Source of the DNA: a virus
Taxonomy: Duplodnaviria; Caudoviricetes
Virus record (IMG/VR): IMGVR_UViG_3300037473_000281
Location: 1 to 43,693 of that record
Length of the DNA: 43,693 nucleotides
Strand: one strand, 5' to 3'
This document shows, in pieces, positions 17,621-26,336 of this stretch; positions within the stretch are counted from its first letter, which is position 1, and each line of letters starts with the position of its first letter. The notes under the pieces are model-generated. The model was not told the origin of the DNA and searched no databases. It saw nothing but the letters and a program-made list of their open reading frames with translations. A program made the position numbers and the translations under genes.

Positions 17621-18841
17621 TCAGGTGACGATTTCCTTGGCGCGAGCCGCGGACTTCTGCGAGCCGATGCCGAGACCGCCGTACCACGCGAGGCGGCCGC
17701 CGATCTTGTTGCCAGCGCCGCTCTGGATGGGACCCAGGTTCTGCAGGTTGAAGCCCATCAGCGATGCGTTGCGCGGATCCGCGTCCACGTTGTGCTTCTC
17801 GCCGCCGAGCGCGCCCAGGTAGCAACCCTCGTCCTCGCCGAGGCTGAGCAGGTACACGCTCGAGAGCGTGGACGAGCTGCCCTTGGCCTCGGCGATGCCG
17901 ACGTTGTCGTTGCGGATGATGGGGATGCCCGCGTACTCCGGCACCGTGAGGCCGCTTGCCAGCTCCACCGTGTCGACGCCGCCGCCCGCGCGCAGCAGAT
18001 CCTTGAACTTGCGGATCATCTTCGAGTGCATGACGAACACGGGGTTGTCGCCCGTGTAGACGCTGTCGATCAGCTCGTCCAGGATGGCGAGCGACAGCGC
18101 GTCACCGCTCGCTCCGGTCGAGCTGCGGGTTTGGCCGGGCGTCACGAGCTTGCTCACGCCGTCGAAGTCGTCGGTGCTCGACGTGAAACGGACGACACGC
18201 TCGGCATCCGCCGTCGCGTCGCTGACGTCGAGCGTGACCGTGATCCACTTGGACGGATTGTCCGCGTAGAGCGTGTAGTTGCCGTCTGCGGCGCATGCGA
18301 CGGCGGCGCCGTACTGAACGTCGCCGGGAGCGCGGAACTGCAGGAGCGTGCCGCTGTGCGTGTACTTGAGCGAACCCATGCCCTCGCGGTTCGAGTCCAT
18401 GTAGGACGAGTTGGCCACCAGCGCATCGACGTAGGCGCCCGATTGGAACGCTTCCACGGTGATGCCCGTGATGTTGCCGCCGTTGATGATCTTGTCCGAG
18501 AGCGTGCGGCCCGCGGCCTTGAACTTCTTCGCGGCCTGCTTGGCGAACGCGTCCGAAGACAGCGCCGCCATCGCGGGCACGTAGAAGTCCGACACCGCCT
18601 GGCGGTTCATGATGGTGATCACCTCGTCGGTGCCCGTCGACTCGCTGATCGACGTGGCCGTGTCCGAGATGAAGGCGAAGGAAGGCAGCGCCTTCTCACG
18701 CGTGATCGTCCAGCCCTCGCCGCCCTTGGCAACGATCGGCATGAGGGGCAGGAGCTGGTCGGCCAGCACGAGCTCCTTCAGGACCGCCGCGTTGTACGGC
18801 TTCTGCGTGGTCTTCCATGCATCGAGTAGGGTCAGTGCCAT
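17621..18841 (-). CDS. Major capsid protein with an inserted domain
   Basis: MALTLLDAWK N-terminus, TREKALP, ING...FDG, LAILDELID, YAGIPIIRND, SSVYLL, RLAWY.GL motifs; follows the scaffold. Confidence 0.9.
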   Translation of the reverse strand: MALTLLDAWKTTQKPYNAAVLKELVLADQLLPLMPIVAKGGEGWTITREKALPSFAFISDTATSISESTGTDEVITIMNRQAVSDFYVPAMAALSSDAFAKQAAKKFKAAGRTLSDKIINGGNITGITVEAFQSGAYVDALVANSSYMDSNREGMGSLKYTHSGTLLQFRAPGDVQYGAAVACAADGNYTLYADNPSKWITVTLDVSDATADAERVVRFTSSTDDFDGVSKLVTPGQTRSSTGASGDALSLAILDELIDSVYTGDNPVFVMHSKMIRKFKDLLRAGGGVDTVELASGLTVPEYAGIPIIRNDNVGIAEAKGSSSTLSSVYLLSLGEDEGCYLGALGGEKHNVDADPRNASLMGFNLQNLGPIQSGAGNKIGGRLAWYGGLGIGSQKSAARAKEIVT

Positions 18842-18915
18842 GTGTCTGTCTCCGTGTCTGTTGGGTTGCGTTCACACAGCCCCAACAGGTCCGCGCGCGT
18901 GGCGCGCCGTGGGGG

Positions 18916-19686
18916 TTACTTGCCGGACTGCTGTTCCGCGCGGTCCATCTCGAGCAGCTCTTCGCGCGAGCGCTGCCACAGCGGCTTGTCGCCAGCTCCG
19001 GCGCTGCCACTCGTGTTCGGGCGCTTGCTGCCCGTGCCACCGCCGCCGATCGCTTGCGCGAAGTGCGGCTTGTCCTGCAGGAACTGCTTGGTCGCCGTCT
19101 CCAGCTTCGCGTACGACTTGCCGCCGTAGATGATGCTCGTGATCTCGCCCGTCTCTTCGTCCGTCTCGAACTTGGCGAGACGCTGAAAGCTCTCCGCTGC
19201 ATCGCCGACCGCGTCCGCGATCACCCGCGTCGAGTGCAGCGCGTCCGTCACGGCACGCGACTGCCGATCGGACTTCAGGCGCGCGCTCGCGGCGTCCGCC
19301 GCTGCCTTCGCCTCGTCGCGTTCCTTCTGCAGCGCGTCGCGCTCCGCCTTGCGGGTGCGCTCCTGCGCCTCTTCCTTGATCTTGCGCTCGTGGGCGTCGC
19401 GCTCCGCCTGCGACTTGCCGGCAAGCTCCAGCTCCTGGATGCGCGCGTTGAGCGCGTCCATCTGCTCCTTCGCCGCCGCTTCCGCAGCTGCGCGTGCCGA
19501 CTTCTCGCCCTCGGCCTTCTGCTTGGCCGCGATGCGGTTCACTTCCTCTTGCGTGAACGTCTTGGGCTTCGGCTCGCCATCACCGTCGCCACCGCCGCCA
19601 GTGCCATCGCCATCGATGCGGCACAACGACGGGCGTACGAATCCACCAACGCACAGGGCGTGCGCGATCATCAGCTTCTCGAACAT
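18916..19686 (-). CDS. Capsid scaffolding protein
   Basis: Gly-rich leader, KTFTQEEVNRI motif, long coiled coil, KPHF..GGGTGS; start chosen at MFEK with GGAG upstream. Confidence 0.85.
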   Translation of the reverse strand: MFEKLMIAHALCVGGFVRPSLCRIDGDGTGGGGDGDGEPKPKTFTQEEVNRIAAKQKAEGEKSARAAAEAAAKEQMDALNARIQELELAGKSQAERDAHERKIKEEAQERTRKAERDALQKERDEAKAAADAASARLKSDRQSRAVTDALHSTRVIADAVGDAAESFQRLAKFETDEETGEITSIIYGGKSYAKLETATKQFLQDKPHFAQAIGGGGTGSKRPNTSGSAGAGDKPLWQRSREELLEMDRAEQQSGK

Positions 19687-19810
19687 GTCTCGCTCCATCC
19701 CAGCTGCTTTGCGTGGCCTGGGTGCCACGTGTCCCGCATAGAGCGGCGGGTCGCTGCGGTCCGACGACGTGCCCGTGCTCGCGCTGGTCGGTCAGCGCGT
19801 GGGCGTAAGA

Positions 19811-21511
19811 TCAGGCGGCTTGCTGCTGGTTGTCGGGCGGTGGGTTGTCGTTCCCGTCGTCCGCGTGACTGCCGGTGCTGGGCTTCGGCTTCTTTTCCAC
19901 CGTCGGCGCGGGCGCCGCGAGCACGATCGGAGCCGCAGCTTCGGCGTCGCGACGTTTCGCGAGCTCGGCCTCGATCACCTTCAGCTGGTCGGCGTGCGCG
20001 TTCGGCAGCATCTTCTGCACCGCGCGCAGCACCATGTGCATCTTCGCCGTGGGCGCCATGCCGGCGACGCTGACGGCCTTGATCAGGTTGTCGAGGTCGA
20101 CGCTCAGGTCGTCGACGCGGAAGTCAGCCGGAGCGCTGCAGCGCAGCTTGTCGACCGTCGCCTCGTCCACACCTTGCGAGCGCATGACCAGCTGCAGCGA
20201 TGCTTGATCGCCGTGCGCCATGCCCTTCGCGACCTTCACCAGGCGCTTGTTCGTGCCCTCGAACTTGTACGCGCGCGCCGTGCCGCTCTCCGCGCCGCCC
20301 GCGTCGTCTTCATAGGGCGCCGATGCGATGCGGTAGATTTCCCGCGTCGTGGCTTCGAGGCGCTTCTCGTAGGTGGCCGCCACCGAGCCAGGCGGCGCGA
20401 TGAATGCGTAGCCCTGCGTCGCGTTCGCCGGCACGCCGACGGCGTTGCCCGCACCAGCGACGATCTCCGCCGGCTTCGCGCCCTCGTCGCCCCCATCGCC
20501 GCCGCTTCCCTCGGGGATGGGAACCTGCAGCAGCGCGAACACGGTGCTGCGCAGATGCTCATCGAGTTCGGACAGCAGGTTGAAGTGCCGGCGATTCTCC
20601 ACCGCCACTGCGCCCACCATCGAGATGCCGCGCACGGGGTCCTCGGAGCGGCCCGCGCGAAACACGACGAGCGGCACGCAACCGAAGCCATGTGGCTGCT
20701 TGTCGCGGACGGTCGTCACAACCGGCTTGCCGTCCTCGCGCTCGACGACTCTGTACTCGCTTACGGTGTCGGTCGTCCAAATGAGGAACTTGTCGTACTG
20801 CTGCTCCGCGCCCAGCGGGTCGACTTTCTCGCAGTACGTCAGCTTGATCTTCACCCACAACAGCGAGCCGCTGTCGTCGGTCTGCCACTCGAGCACGTTG
20901 GCCGGGAACAGCGGAATGGCGCGCGTGCGCAGGTCCAGCGCCTTCTCGTGCGCGCGGCTCTTCACCCCGTCCGGCGTCGGGTCGCGGTCGAACATGACCG
21001 GGCACCAGCCGAGCTGCAGCGCGCGCGGCATGATGGTCTCGTCGCGCAGCTCGTTCCACGAGGTACCGCGGCCGTCCGCGTCCTCGAGCCAGTCTGCCAT
21101 GGTCGAATCATCGAGCCCCTGCCGCGTGGGCGGCTGGCTCGACAGGTAGCTGCAGAACAGGTCGGCGATGGGGCCGACGTAGTTCACGTAGTGCGCCACG
21201 TCGATGCGGCGCTCGAACTTGGGCGCGTCCTCGCGCGGAAAGCGGTCGAGGTAGGTGTCGAACGTCTCGGTGCCGCGCTGCTGCCAGAGCGGCGTCGAAT
21301 ACACGTCGGAGGCCCAGCCGAGATAGCCGGCCGATGGCGGTCTCACCTTGCCGGCGAAGCCGCCGCAGCCCGCATAGGCGTCGAGGAGGAACCGGTGCCA
21401 CACGCGCTCGGTGTCGTAGTCGCTGCGCGCGCTGCGCAGCTTCTCGACCAGACGATCCGTGGCCGCACGCGCTGCCCTCTCGACCACACTGTTTGATGCG
21501 CGTCGGGCCAT
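19811..21511 (-). CDS. Portal protein
   Basis: 566 aa after TerL; AYAG.GG, YL.RFPRE...F.RR, HGFGCVPLV, ESGTARAYKF motifs. Confidence 0.9.
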   Translation of the reverse strand: MARRASNSVVERAARAATDRLVEKLRSARSDYDTERVWHRFLLDAYAGCGGFAGKVRPPSAGYLGWASDVYSTPLWQQRGTETFDTYLDRFPREDAPKFERRIDVAHYVNYVGPIADLFCSYLSSQPPTRQGLDDSTMADWLEDADGRGTSWNELRDETIMPRALQLGWCPVMFDRDPTPDGVKSRAHEKALDLRTRAIPLFPANVLEWQTDDSGSLLWVKIKLTYCEKVDPLGAEQQYDKFLIWTTDTVSEYRVVEREDGKPVVTTVRDKQPHGFGCVPLVVFRAGRSEDPVRGISMVGAVAVENRRHFNLLSELDEHLRSTVFALLQVPIPEGSGGDGGDEGAKPAEIVAGAGNAVGVPANATQGYAFIAPPGSVAATYEKRLEATTREIYRIASAPYEDDAGGAESGTARAYKFEGTNKRLVKVAKGMAHGDQASLQLVMRSQGVDEATVDKLRCSAPADFRVDDLSVDLDNLIKAVSVAGMAPTAKMHMVLRAVQKMLPNAHADQLKVIEAELAKRRDAEAAAPIVLAAPAPTVEKKPKPSTGSHADDGNDNPPPDNQQQAA

Positions 21512-21521
21512 GCGGCAGCTT

Positions 21522-22976
21522 TCAGAGGTTGGGAATCGTGAATGTGCCGCCGGTCCAGATCTTCTTGTTCAGCACGTCGTGAGCGGCGGCGAGCGCGTCC
21601 ACCTGGTCGTCCTCGCCGTCGTTCACGCCCGTGAACGCGCACACCTCGTCGACGAACGCGTCGACCCACTCCGGCACCTGCGATTCGTGATCGTCCTCGT
21701 CGAGCCCGAAGAACTTGCGGCTCGGCACCAGCACGCGCTGGTCGTTCCATGCCTCGGCCACAGGCTGCGCGCGCTGGAACTTGTCCTCGCTCGCCGTCAC
21801 GACCTCGAGCTGCGGCACCTTCAGCTTGATGAAATCGGCGGAGCCCGCCTCGGTGCCGCTGGCGTACCAGCGCATGGGCCCGCGCCGCTTGCTCCGCATC
21901 GAGTGCAAGGCGAGCAGGAATTCGGGCGCCTTCACCTGCTTCCGGATGACGCCCACGACGTAGAAGACGGGCTTCTGCGCGTGCGCCTTGCCGTCCGCCG
22001 TGCGGAGCGGTGGCGGGTCCCAGCGCCAGAGCTCGATCGCGACCGAGTGATCGGCCGTCTTCTTCTTCGAGTAGGCGAGGTCCAGGCCGTATCCGACCCG
22101 ATAGGCCTCGGCCGGCAGCGCGTCGTAGTACGCCGCCTCGCCAAACACGGAGCCGCCACGCGGGCGGGGCTCGCCCTGGTAGAGCGAGACGAAACTGAAG
22201 ATGTTGGTCCGTTGCTTCTCCAGCAGGGACACGCGCGACTTGCGCTCCTCGCACAGAGGCTCGCCGCGTCGCCGCTGCAGCGGGTCGCTGATGACCACGC
22301 CGTTCGCGTCGGTCGGGCCGTCCGCCAGCGCCTGCAGGTTGATGTACTTCCACCCGCGCTTGATGAGCTCGCCGCTCAGGTCGTCGGGGTGCCACCGCGT
22401 GGCTACCACGATCTTCGAAGCGCTCGGGTGGCAACGCGGGTCCGCCACGTCGTCGAACCAGTCGAGGCATTCCTCGCGCGCCGCCGCGCTGTCGGCTTCC
22501 CTGCGGTCCTTCAGGATGTCGTCGACGACCAACACGCCGTCGACCGGCTCACCGGTCAGGCCGCCCTTGCGCGACGCCCAGATGATGGAGCCGCCCGTGC
22601 GCTCGTTCAGCCAGTCGTCTTGCCGAAACCGCAGCTTCAGGCCCGCGCGTTCGGCAACCAAACGTGTCTTGCGCTCGACGCGTCCGCTGCGCTTGGCGTT
22701 GTAGGTCGTGTAGGCGTTACGGCGCTCGGGCCGAACCTGCATGCCGCGGCATAGCGCGTGCGTGATGCACTCCGTCTTGCCGTGCTGCGGTGGCGCAGCG
22801 ACTACCGCCATGACGGGCGTATCCCACGCCTGATCGAGCAAGTCGGTCAGCGGCTTCAGCCAGTGCGGCGCTACGAGCCGCGGGCTGACGCGCGGAATGT
22901 AGTGCTGCAGCGGCTCAATGAACTGCTGCGTCGGTCGGGCTTCCTGCAGCTGGCGTCGTAGCCACTGCTCGGACAC
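21522..22976 (-). CDS. terL: Terminase large subunit
   Basis: Walker A PPQHGKT, LTG..VDD, TRWHPDDL.G, SLYQGEP, nuclease GLDLA and DDQVDA; GTG start at 22976. Confidence 0.96.
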   Translation of the reverse strand: MSEQWLRRQLQEARPTQQFIEPLQHYIPRVSPRLVAPHWLKPLTDLLDQAWDTPVMAVVAAPPQHGKTECITHALCRGMQVRPERRNAYTTYNAKRSGRVERKTRLVAERAGLKLRFRQDDWLNERTGGSIIWASRKGGLTGEPVDGVLVVDDILKDRREADSAAAREECLDWFDDVADPRCHPSASKIVVATRWHPDDLSGELIKRGWKYINLQALADGPTDANGVVISDPLQRRRGEPLCEERKSRVSLLEKQRTNIFSFVSLYQGEPRPRGGSVFGEAAYYDALPAEAYRVGYGLDLAYSKKKTADHSVAIELWRWDPPPLRTADGKAHAQKPVFYVVGVIRKQVKAPEFLLALHSMRSKRRGPMRWYASGTEAGSADFIKLKVPQLEVVTASEDKFQRAQPVAEAWNDQRVLVPSRKFFGLDEDDHESQVPEWVDAFVDEVCAFTGVNDGEDDQVDALAAAHDVLNKKIWTGGTFTIPNL

Positions 22977-23625
22977 CCATTTCCTCGGCAATGAGATCGA
23001 GGAACGCGTCATACAGCGCCTGCGGCACGCGGCCGCGCATCTTTTCCAGGAGGGCCTCGACGATCGCCTGCGCCTTGCCGTCGGCCTTGTCGGCCCACAT
23101 CCCGAAATGCTTGCCGAGCAGCTCGAGCGCACGGTCCTTGCTGTGCAGCTTCACGCCGATCGCGCGGTTGCCGAACTTGTCGAACTCGTGCTTGACCTCG
23201 GCGATCGCCTTGCGTTGACGCTTCGTCAGCGTGCGGGTGTTGTTGACGACGACCGTCTGGATGACCTCGCGCTTCGTCGTTCGCACCGGCCGGCGGGTCT
23301 CGGTGTCGTAGTCTTCGACCACGACCGAGCACTCGCGCTCGTCGACCTCGGCGTAGTCGAGGATGTCAGCGAAGGCGATCGCGGCCAGCTCCTCGACGAT
23401 GCGGTCGACCGTCACATGAGTGCGCTCGGCCATCTGCCGCTGCCCCTCAGCAACTGCACCGCGCACCAAAGGAAGCTGAAGGAGCTGGTAGCCCTGAACC
23501 TCCGCCGTCTTCTCGCTGTACCCCGCTCGTCTTGCAGCTGCCGTCGCGTTGCTGTCGACGAGGTATTCGCGCACGAAAGCCGCCTGCTTGGCGGTCAGCT
23601 TTCGGCTTGCTCCAGTGGCGGCCAC
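22915..23625 (-). CDS. terS: Terminase small subunit
   Basis: LTAKQAAFVREYLVDSNATAAARRAGYSEKTA and KLHSKDRALELLGKHFGM motifs. Confidence 0.96.
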   Translation of the reverse strand: MAATGASRKLTAKQAAFVREYLVDSNATAAARRAGYSEKTAEVQGYQLLQLPLVRGAVAEGQRQMAERTHVTVDRIVEELAAIAFADILDYAEVDERECSVVVEDYDTETRRPVRTTKREVIQTVVVNNTRTLTKRQRKAIAEVKHEFDKFGNRAIGVKLHSKDRALELLGKHFGMWADKADGKAQAIVEALLEKMRGRVPQALYDAFLDLIAEEMGVRAVATTPAAGSPTDAAVH

Positions 23626-23628
23626 GGC

Positions 23629-23928
23629 TCAGCAGCGATGCAGCGCGCGAGCTCGGAAGCTCAGCTGCCAGTTGCGCGGCTGGGCGCTGCGGTGAGGCTG
23701 CGGCAGGAACACGCGCTCGCCGTAGCGCTTGGGCACCAGCTGGATGACCGGCGTCGGCTCGCTCACCGGCATGTGGTCCGCGTGGTAGGCGCTGACCGAG
23801 TAGCCGTCGTCGCTGAACAGCGCGGCGGCGTTGGAGCCGCACACCGCGACCGTGATGCTGAAGATGACGATGGCGCCCGCCGTGAAGGCAGTGCTGTATC
23901 GCCGATCGAAGTTGTCGTTGCAGGCCAT
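23629..23928 (-). CDS. Small membrane protein
   Basis: AGGAG RBS; one hydrophobic segment AGAIVIFSITVAVC. Confidence 0.5.
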   Translation of the reverse strand: MACNDNFDRRYSTAFTAGAIVIFSITVAVCGSNAAALFSDDGYSVSAYHADHMPVSEPTPVIQLVPKRYGERVFLPQPHRSAQPRNWQLSFRARALHRC

Positions 23929-23993
23929 GCTGGCGCTCCTACGTGTTGGGAGTGCGGACCCGATCACCGTCTTCCGACCAGACCGTCCGTCCG

Positions 23994-24248
23994 TCACACC
24001 CCATACCCATGTACATGGCGCTCACTCTCGTCGCTCGTTGTCGCTTGCTGTTCCTTGTTGTCGTTCTTTTGGTGGTTGCGTGTGCGACGACACCGGGCTC
24101 GCCAGCCACGTCGCAGGTCCGCCGTCTGAACGACGAAGCTGTGCCCGCACGAGCACGTTACCGCCACCCATTCGCGTCGTCGGGTGTCGCGCCACGGTTG
24201 GGTGGCGGTCGTGAGCTCACCGAACGCAGAGCCGATTGGAAGGCTCAT
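23994..24248 (-). CDS. Stand-alone Cys-rich domain like the N-terminus of HNH/AP2 homing endonucleases
   Basis: IGSAFGELT...WVAVTCSCG...V....LRRG...RC; ATGA-coupled to the upstream gene. Confidence 0.55.
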   Translation of the reverse strand: MSLPIGSAFGELTTATQPWRDTRRREWVAVTCSCGHSFVVQTADLRRGWRARCRRTRNHQKNDNKEQQATTSDESERHVHGYGV

Positions 24249-24472
24249 TCGCCGCGAGCTTGAAGCTCGGCCACGAAGCGCGAGCCGCCGCGCGGGAACG
24301 CTCGCTGGATGGTGTCGACGTTCGCGTGCCACAGCCGCGGGCCGATCTTGTACAGCGCGCCTGCCTTCACCCATAGTCTGCGCACCCACCACAACGGCTT
24401 GTCTCGGAAGAGCAGCTTTCGGATCTCCACCAGCGACCACTCGACGCGCGCGTGCTTGACAGCCTTGCTCAT
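24245..24472 (-). CDS. Small putative DNA-binding protein
   Basis: 75 aa basic protein with a wHTH-like pattern; GGGAG RBS. Confidence 0.5.
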   Translation of the reverse strand: MSKAVKHARVEWSLVEIRKLLFRDKPLWWVRRLWVKAGALYKIGPRLWHANVDTIQRAFPRGGSRFVAELQARGE

Positions 24473-24508
24473 TGCACCGAATCTCCCGTGTTAGCTGGCG
24501 AGCTCGAC

Positions 24509-24544
24509 GGGCCTGGTGCGAAAGCGCTGGGCTTGTTCGTTTTT
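24509..24544 (+). terminator. Terminator-like hairpin oriented antisense to the local genes
   Basis: GGGCCTGGTGC-GAAA-GCGCTGGGCTT-GTTCGTTTTT; the stem needs G-U pairs, so it folds fully only as plus-strand RNA. Confidence 0.55.
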
Positions 24545-24968
24545 AGGGCGGCGTGTCCGCGTCATTCTCGATCGTCAAACCCTGGCCGCGGTTCTCCATG
24601 AACCAGCCCTCTGCATGCGCCTGGGTGAAGCCGAACGCTTTCCACGGCTCGCTGTCGCGCTCTCGGTAGTGCACGTGCCCCTCGATGGTGCGAAACGTCC
24701 ACCCGTCCGCATCGCGCAGCGTGTGCCCCGCGCGCAGCGCATCGGCAGCCTGCTGCCCGCTGAGACCAGATCCGTGCGCGTGCGCCAGCGTCCGCGTCTC
24801 CTGCACAACGCGCTCCTCCTCTTCGGGTCCCCCTCCACCTGGTCGATACGCGCGCTCCATGCGCCCCTCCAGGCTGTTCGGACCAAACGTGCACGAGCGG
24901 CACGAGTGATAGCCGCACGGCTTCGGCTCTCCGCAGTTTGGGCAGTCGTAACGTGGATCGATCGTCAC
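24543..24968 (-). CDS. Hypothetical protein with N-terminal Zn ribbon
   Basis: CPNC...C..HSCRSC; GTGA-coupled start. Confidence 0.55.
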   Translation of the reverse strand: MTIDPRYDCPNCGEPKPCGYHSCRSCTFGPNSLEGRMERAYRPGGGGPEEEERVVQETRTLAHAHGSGLSGQQAADALRAGHTLRDADGWTFRTIEGHVHYRERDSEPWKAFGFTQAHAEGWFMENRGQGLTIENDADTPP

Positions 24969-25720
24969 CGCTCCACGCTCCCGCGTTGCACTTCGTTCCA
25001 CGCCGCGCACGCCGCGGTGTGCAGGCGCTCTGCTTCCACGGCCGCCGCCGCCATCAGCTCCGCCCTCGCCTCGCGCGGACGCGTCTTCTGCAGCGCCCAC
25101 TCCTGGTAGAGCCAGTGGATCGGCTTCTTGTCATCCAGCTTCGCGACCGCCACGCGCCTCGCCTCGTCGGCCGCCTTGCGGATCACGCCGGGCTCCTTGC
25201 CCTTGGTCGCCTCGTGCGATGTCTTCACCGCGCTCTCGATCGTCTCGATGCGCACCTGCGCGATCAAGCGCGAGCCACCACCCGTGTAGGGCCAGAGCGC
25301 GAACAGGCGGCCGGGCAGATCTTTCCCGTCCACCACGTCATCGTGCGTCGGCTCCCACGCGCTGCCGGCGTCGCCATACACGTACTCGATCACGGCGGCG
25401 GCCTGACGGTCCACGCGATCGAGTCGCATCAGCTTCATGCTGTACGTGCCCGCGTCTTCGAGCGTGTCGCCGTCCGGCTCGTAGCCTCCCACGTTGCGGA
25501 ACTCGGCTGTGATGCGGGCCGTGACCTCGCGCTCGCTGTATCGGATGATGCCGTTTACCACCTTCGGGAAAGCGACCTGGGACTTCGGCGCCGAGAACGT
25601 CTTGGCGCGCTCGAGCATGCCGCCGCTCGTACTTCGCTCGAGCGCGATGGCGCCGCGGCTGAAGTACCAGACGAGCCCGCTCGCCACGTTCGGGAATAGG
25701 TAGTCTCTCGCGCTCTTCAT
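24965..25720 (-). CDS. Hypothetical protein in the late-regulator (Q-like) position
   Basis: 251 aa, ATGA-coupled; the function is inferred from position only. Confidence 0.5.
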   Translation of the reverse strand: MKSARDYLFPNVASGLVWYFSRGAIALERSTSGGMLERAKTFSAPKSQVAFPKVVNGIIRYSEREVTARITAEFRNVGGYEPDGDTLEDAGTYSMKLMRLDRVDRQAAAVIEYVYGDAGSAWEPTHDDVVDGKDLPGRLFALWPYTGGGSRLIAQVRIETIESAVKTSHEATKGKEPGVIRKAADEARRVAVAKLDDKKPIHWLYQEWALQKTRPREARAELMAAAAVEAERLHTAACAAWNEVQRGSVER

Positions 25721-25959
25721 TGTGCAGCGTTCCCTTCCTGCCCGAAGTCGAAGACGAGCGAAAAGTTGCCGGGCGTGTCCTCGACGCACTTCACGTCCAC
25801 GTCCTCGTGACCGAGCAGCAGCACGAGCTTGTCGCGTGAGCGCAGCATCTCGGCGGAGACGTTGGCCCAGAACTGCGGGCTTGCGCGGTCGAGCTTCATC
25901 ATGCGCTCGCGGAGCTCGGACTGGATGGCGCGCAGCTGCTTGTCGGTGTTGCCTGTCAC
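25717..25959 (-). CDS. Hypothetical protein (80 aa)
   Basis: VTGNTDKQLRAIQ...; coupled to neighbours at both ends. Confidence 0.55.
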   Translation of the reverse strand: MTGNTDKQLRAIQSELRERMMKLDRASPQFWANVSAEMLRSRDKLVLLLGHEDVDVKCVEDTPGNFSLVFDFGQEGNAAQ

Positions 25960-26162
25960 CGGTGCCCGCACTCCTTCGTCGCGCGCACCAGGTCCTCGAG
26001 CGCGCGCGCTTGCCGCTCTTCGGTGGCGATGAGCTTCTCGACCAGCGCGCGGTCGAGCGCGGGCTGTGGCTCGGCGTGCGCCCGCGGCATGTTCCACGCG
26101 CAGAACAGACAGAACGCCATCATCGCACCGCAGAACCACAGCTTGAGTTTCATCTCCAGCAT
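25956..26162 (-). CDS. Small exported peptide
   Basis: Signal-peptide-like N-terminus ending AHA-E, then a helical mature part; AGGAGG upstream. Confidence 0.6.
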   Translation of the reverse strand: MLEMKLKLWFCGAMMAFCLFCAWNMPRAHAEPQPALDRALVEKLIATEERQARALEDLVRATKECGHR

Positions 26163-26165
26163 CGC

Positions 26166-26336
26166 TCAATCCTCCTGGTCGCCGACGTGGCGACCGCTCG
26201 ATCGTACAATCTTCGGTGCGACGCGCTTCGGCGCCATCGGCAGAAGCGGTTCGAGGTCCGGCCGATCGCGCTCGCGATCGATGAGCTCGCGCTCGGGGCC
26301 GGCGGCGAGCCGGCGTGTGTGCTCGCCTGCGCTCAT
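26166..26336 (-). CDS. Hypothetical protein (56 aa)
   Basis: Manual translation MSAGEHTRR...; TGATG-coupled to the methyltransferase. Confidence 0.4.
   Translation of the reverse strand: MSAGEHTRRLAAGPERELIDRERDRPDLEPLLPMAPKRVAPKIVRSSGRHVGDQED

Noticed and set aside
18858-18888. Hairpin CTGTTGGG...CCCAACAG upstream of the capsid gene as a riboswitch or ncRNA
   Set aside because: A single stem with no recognisable family features; more likely an mRNA stabiliser
16382-22754. Long plus-strand ORFs (815, 418, 575 and 431 aa)
   Set aside because: Shadows of the capsid, scaffold, portal and terminase genes; R/A-rich with no motifs
22977-23132. N-terminal 52 aa of the 536-aa TerL ORF
   Set aside because: Alternate-frame overlap with terS; the GTG at 22976 has GAGGA upstream and is the more plausible start
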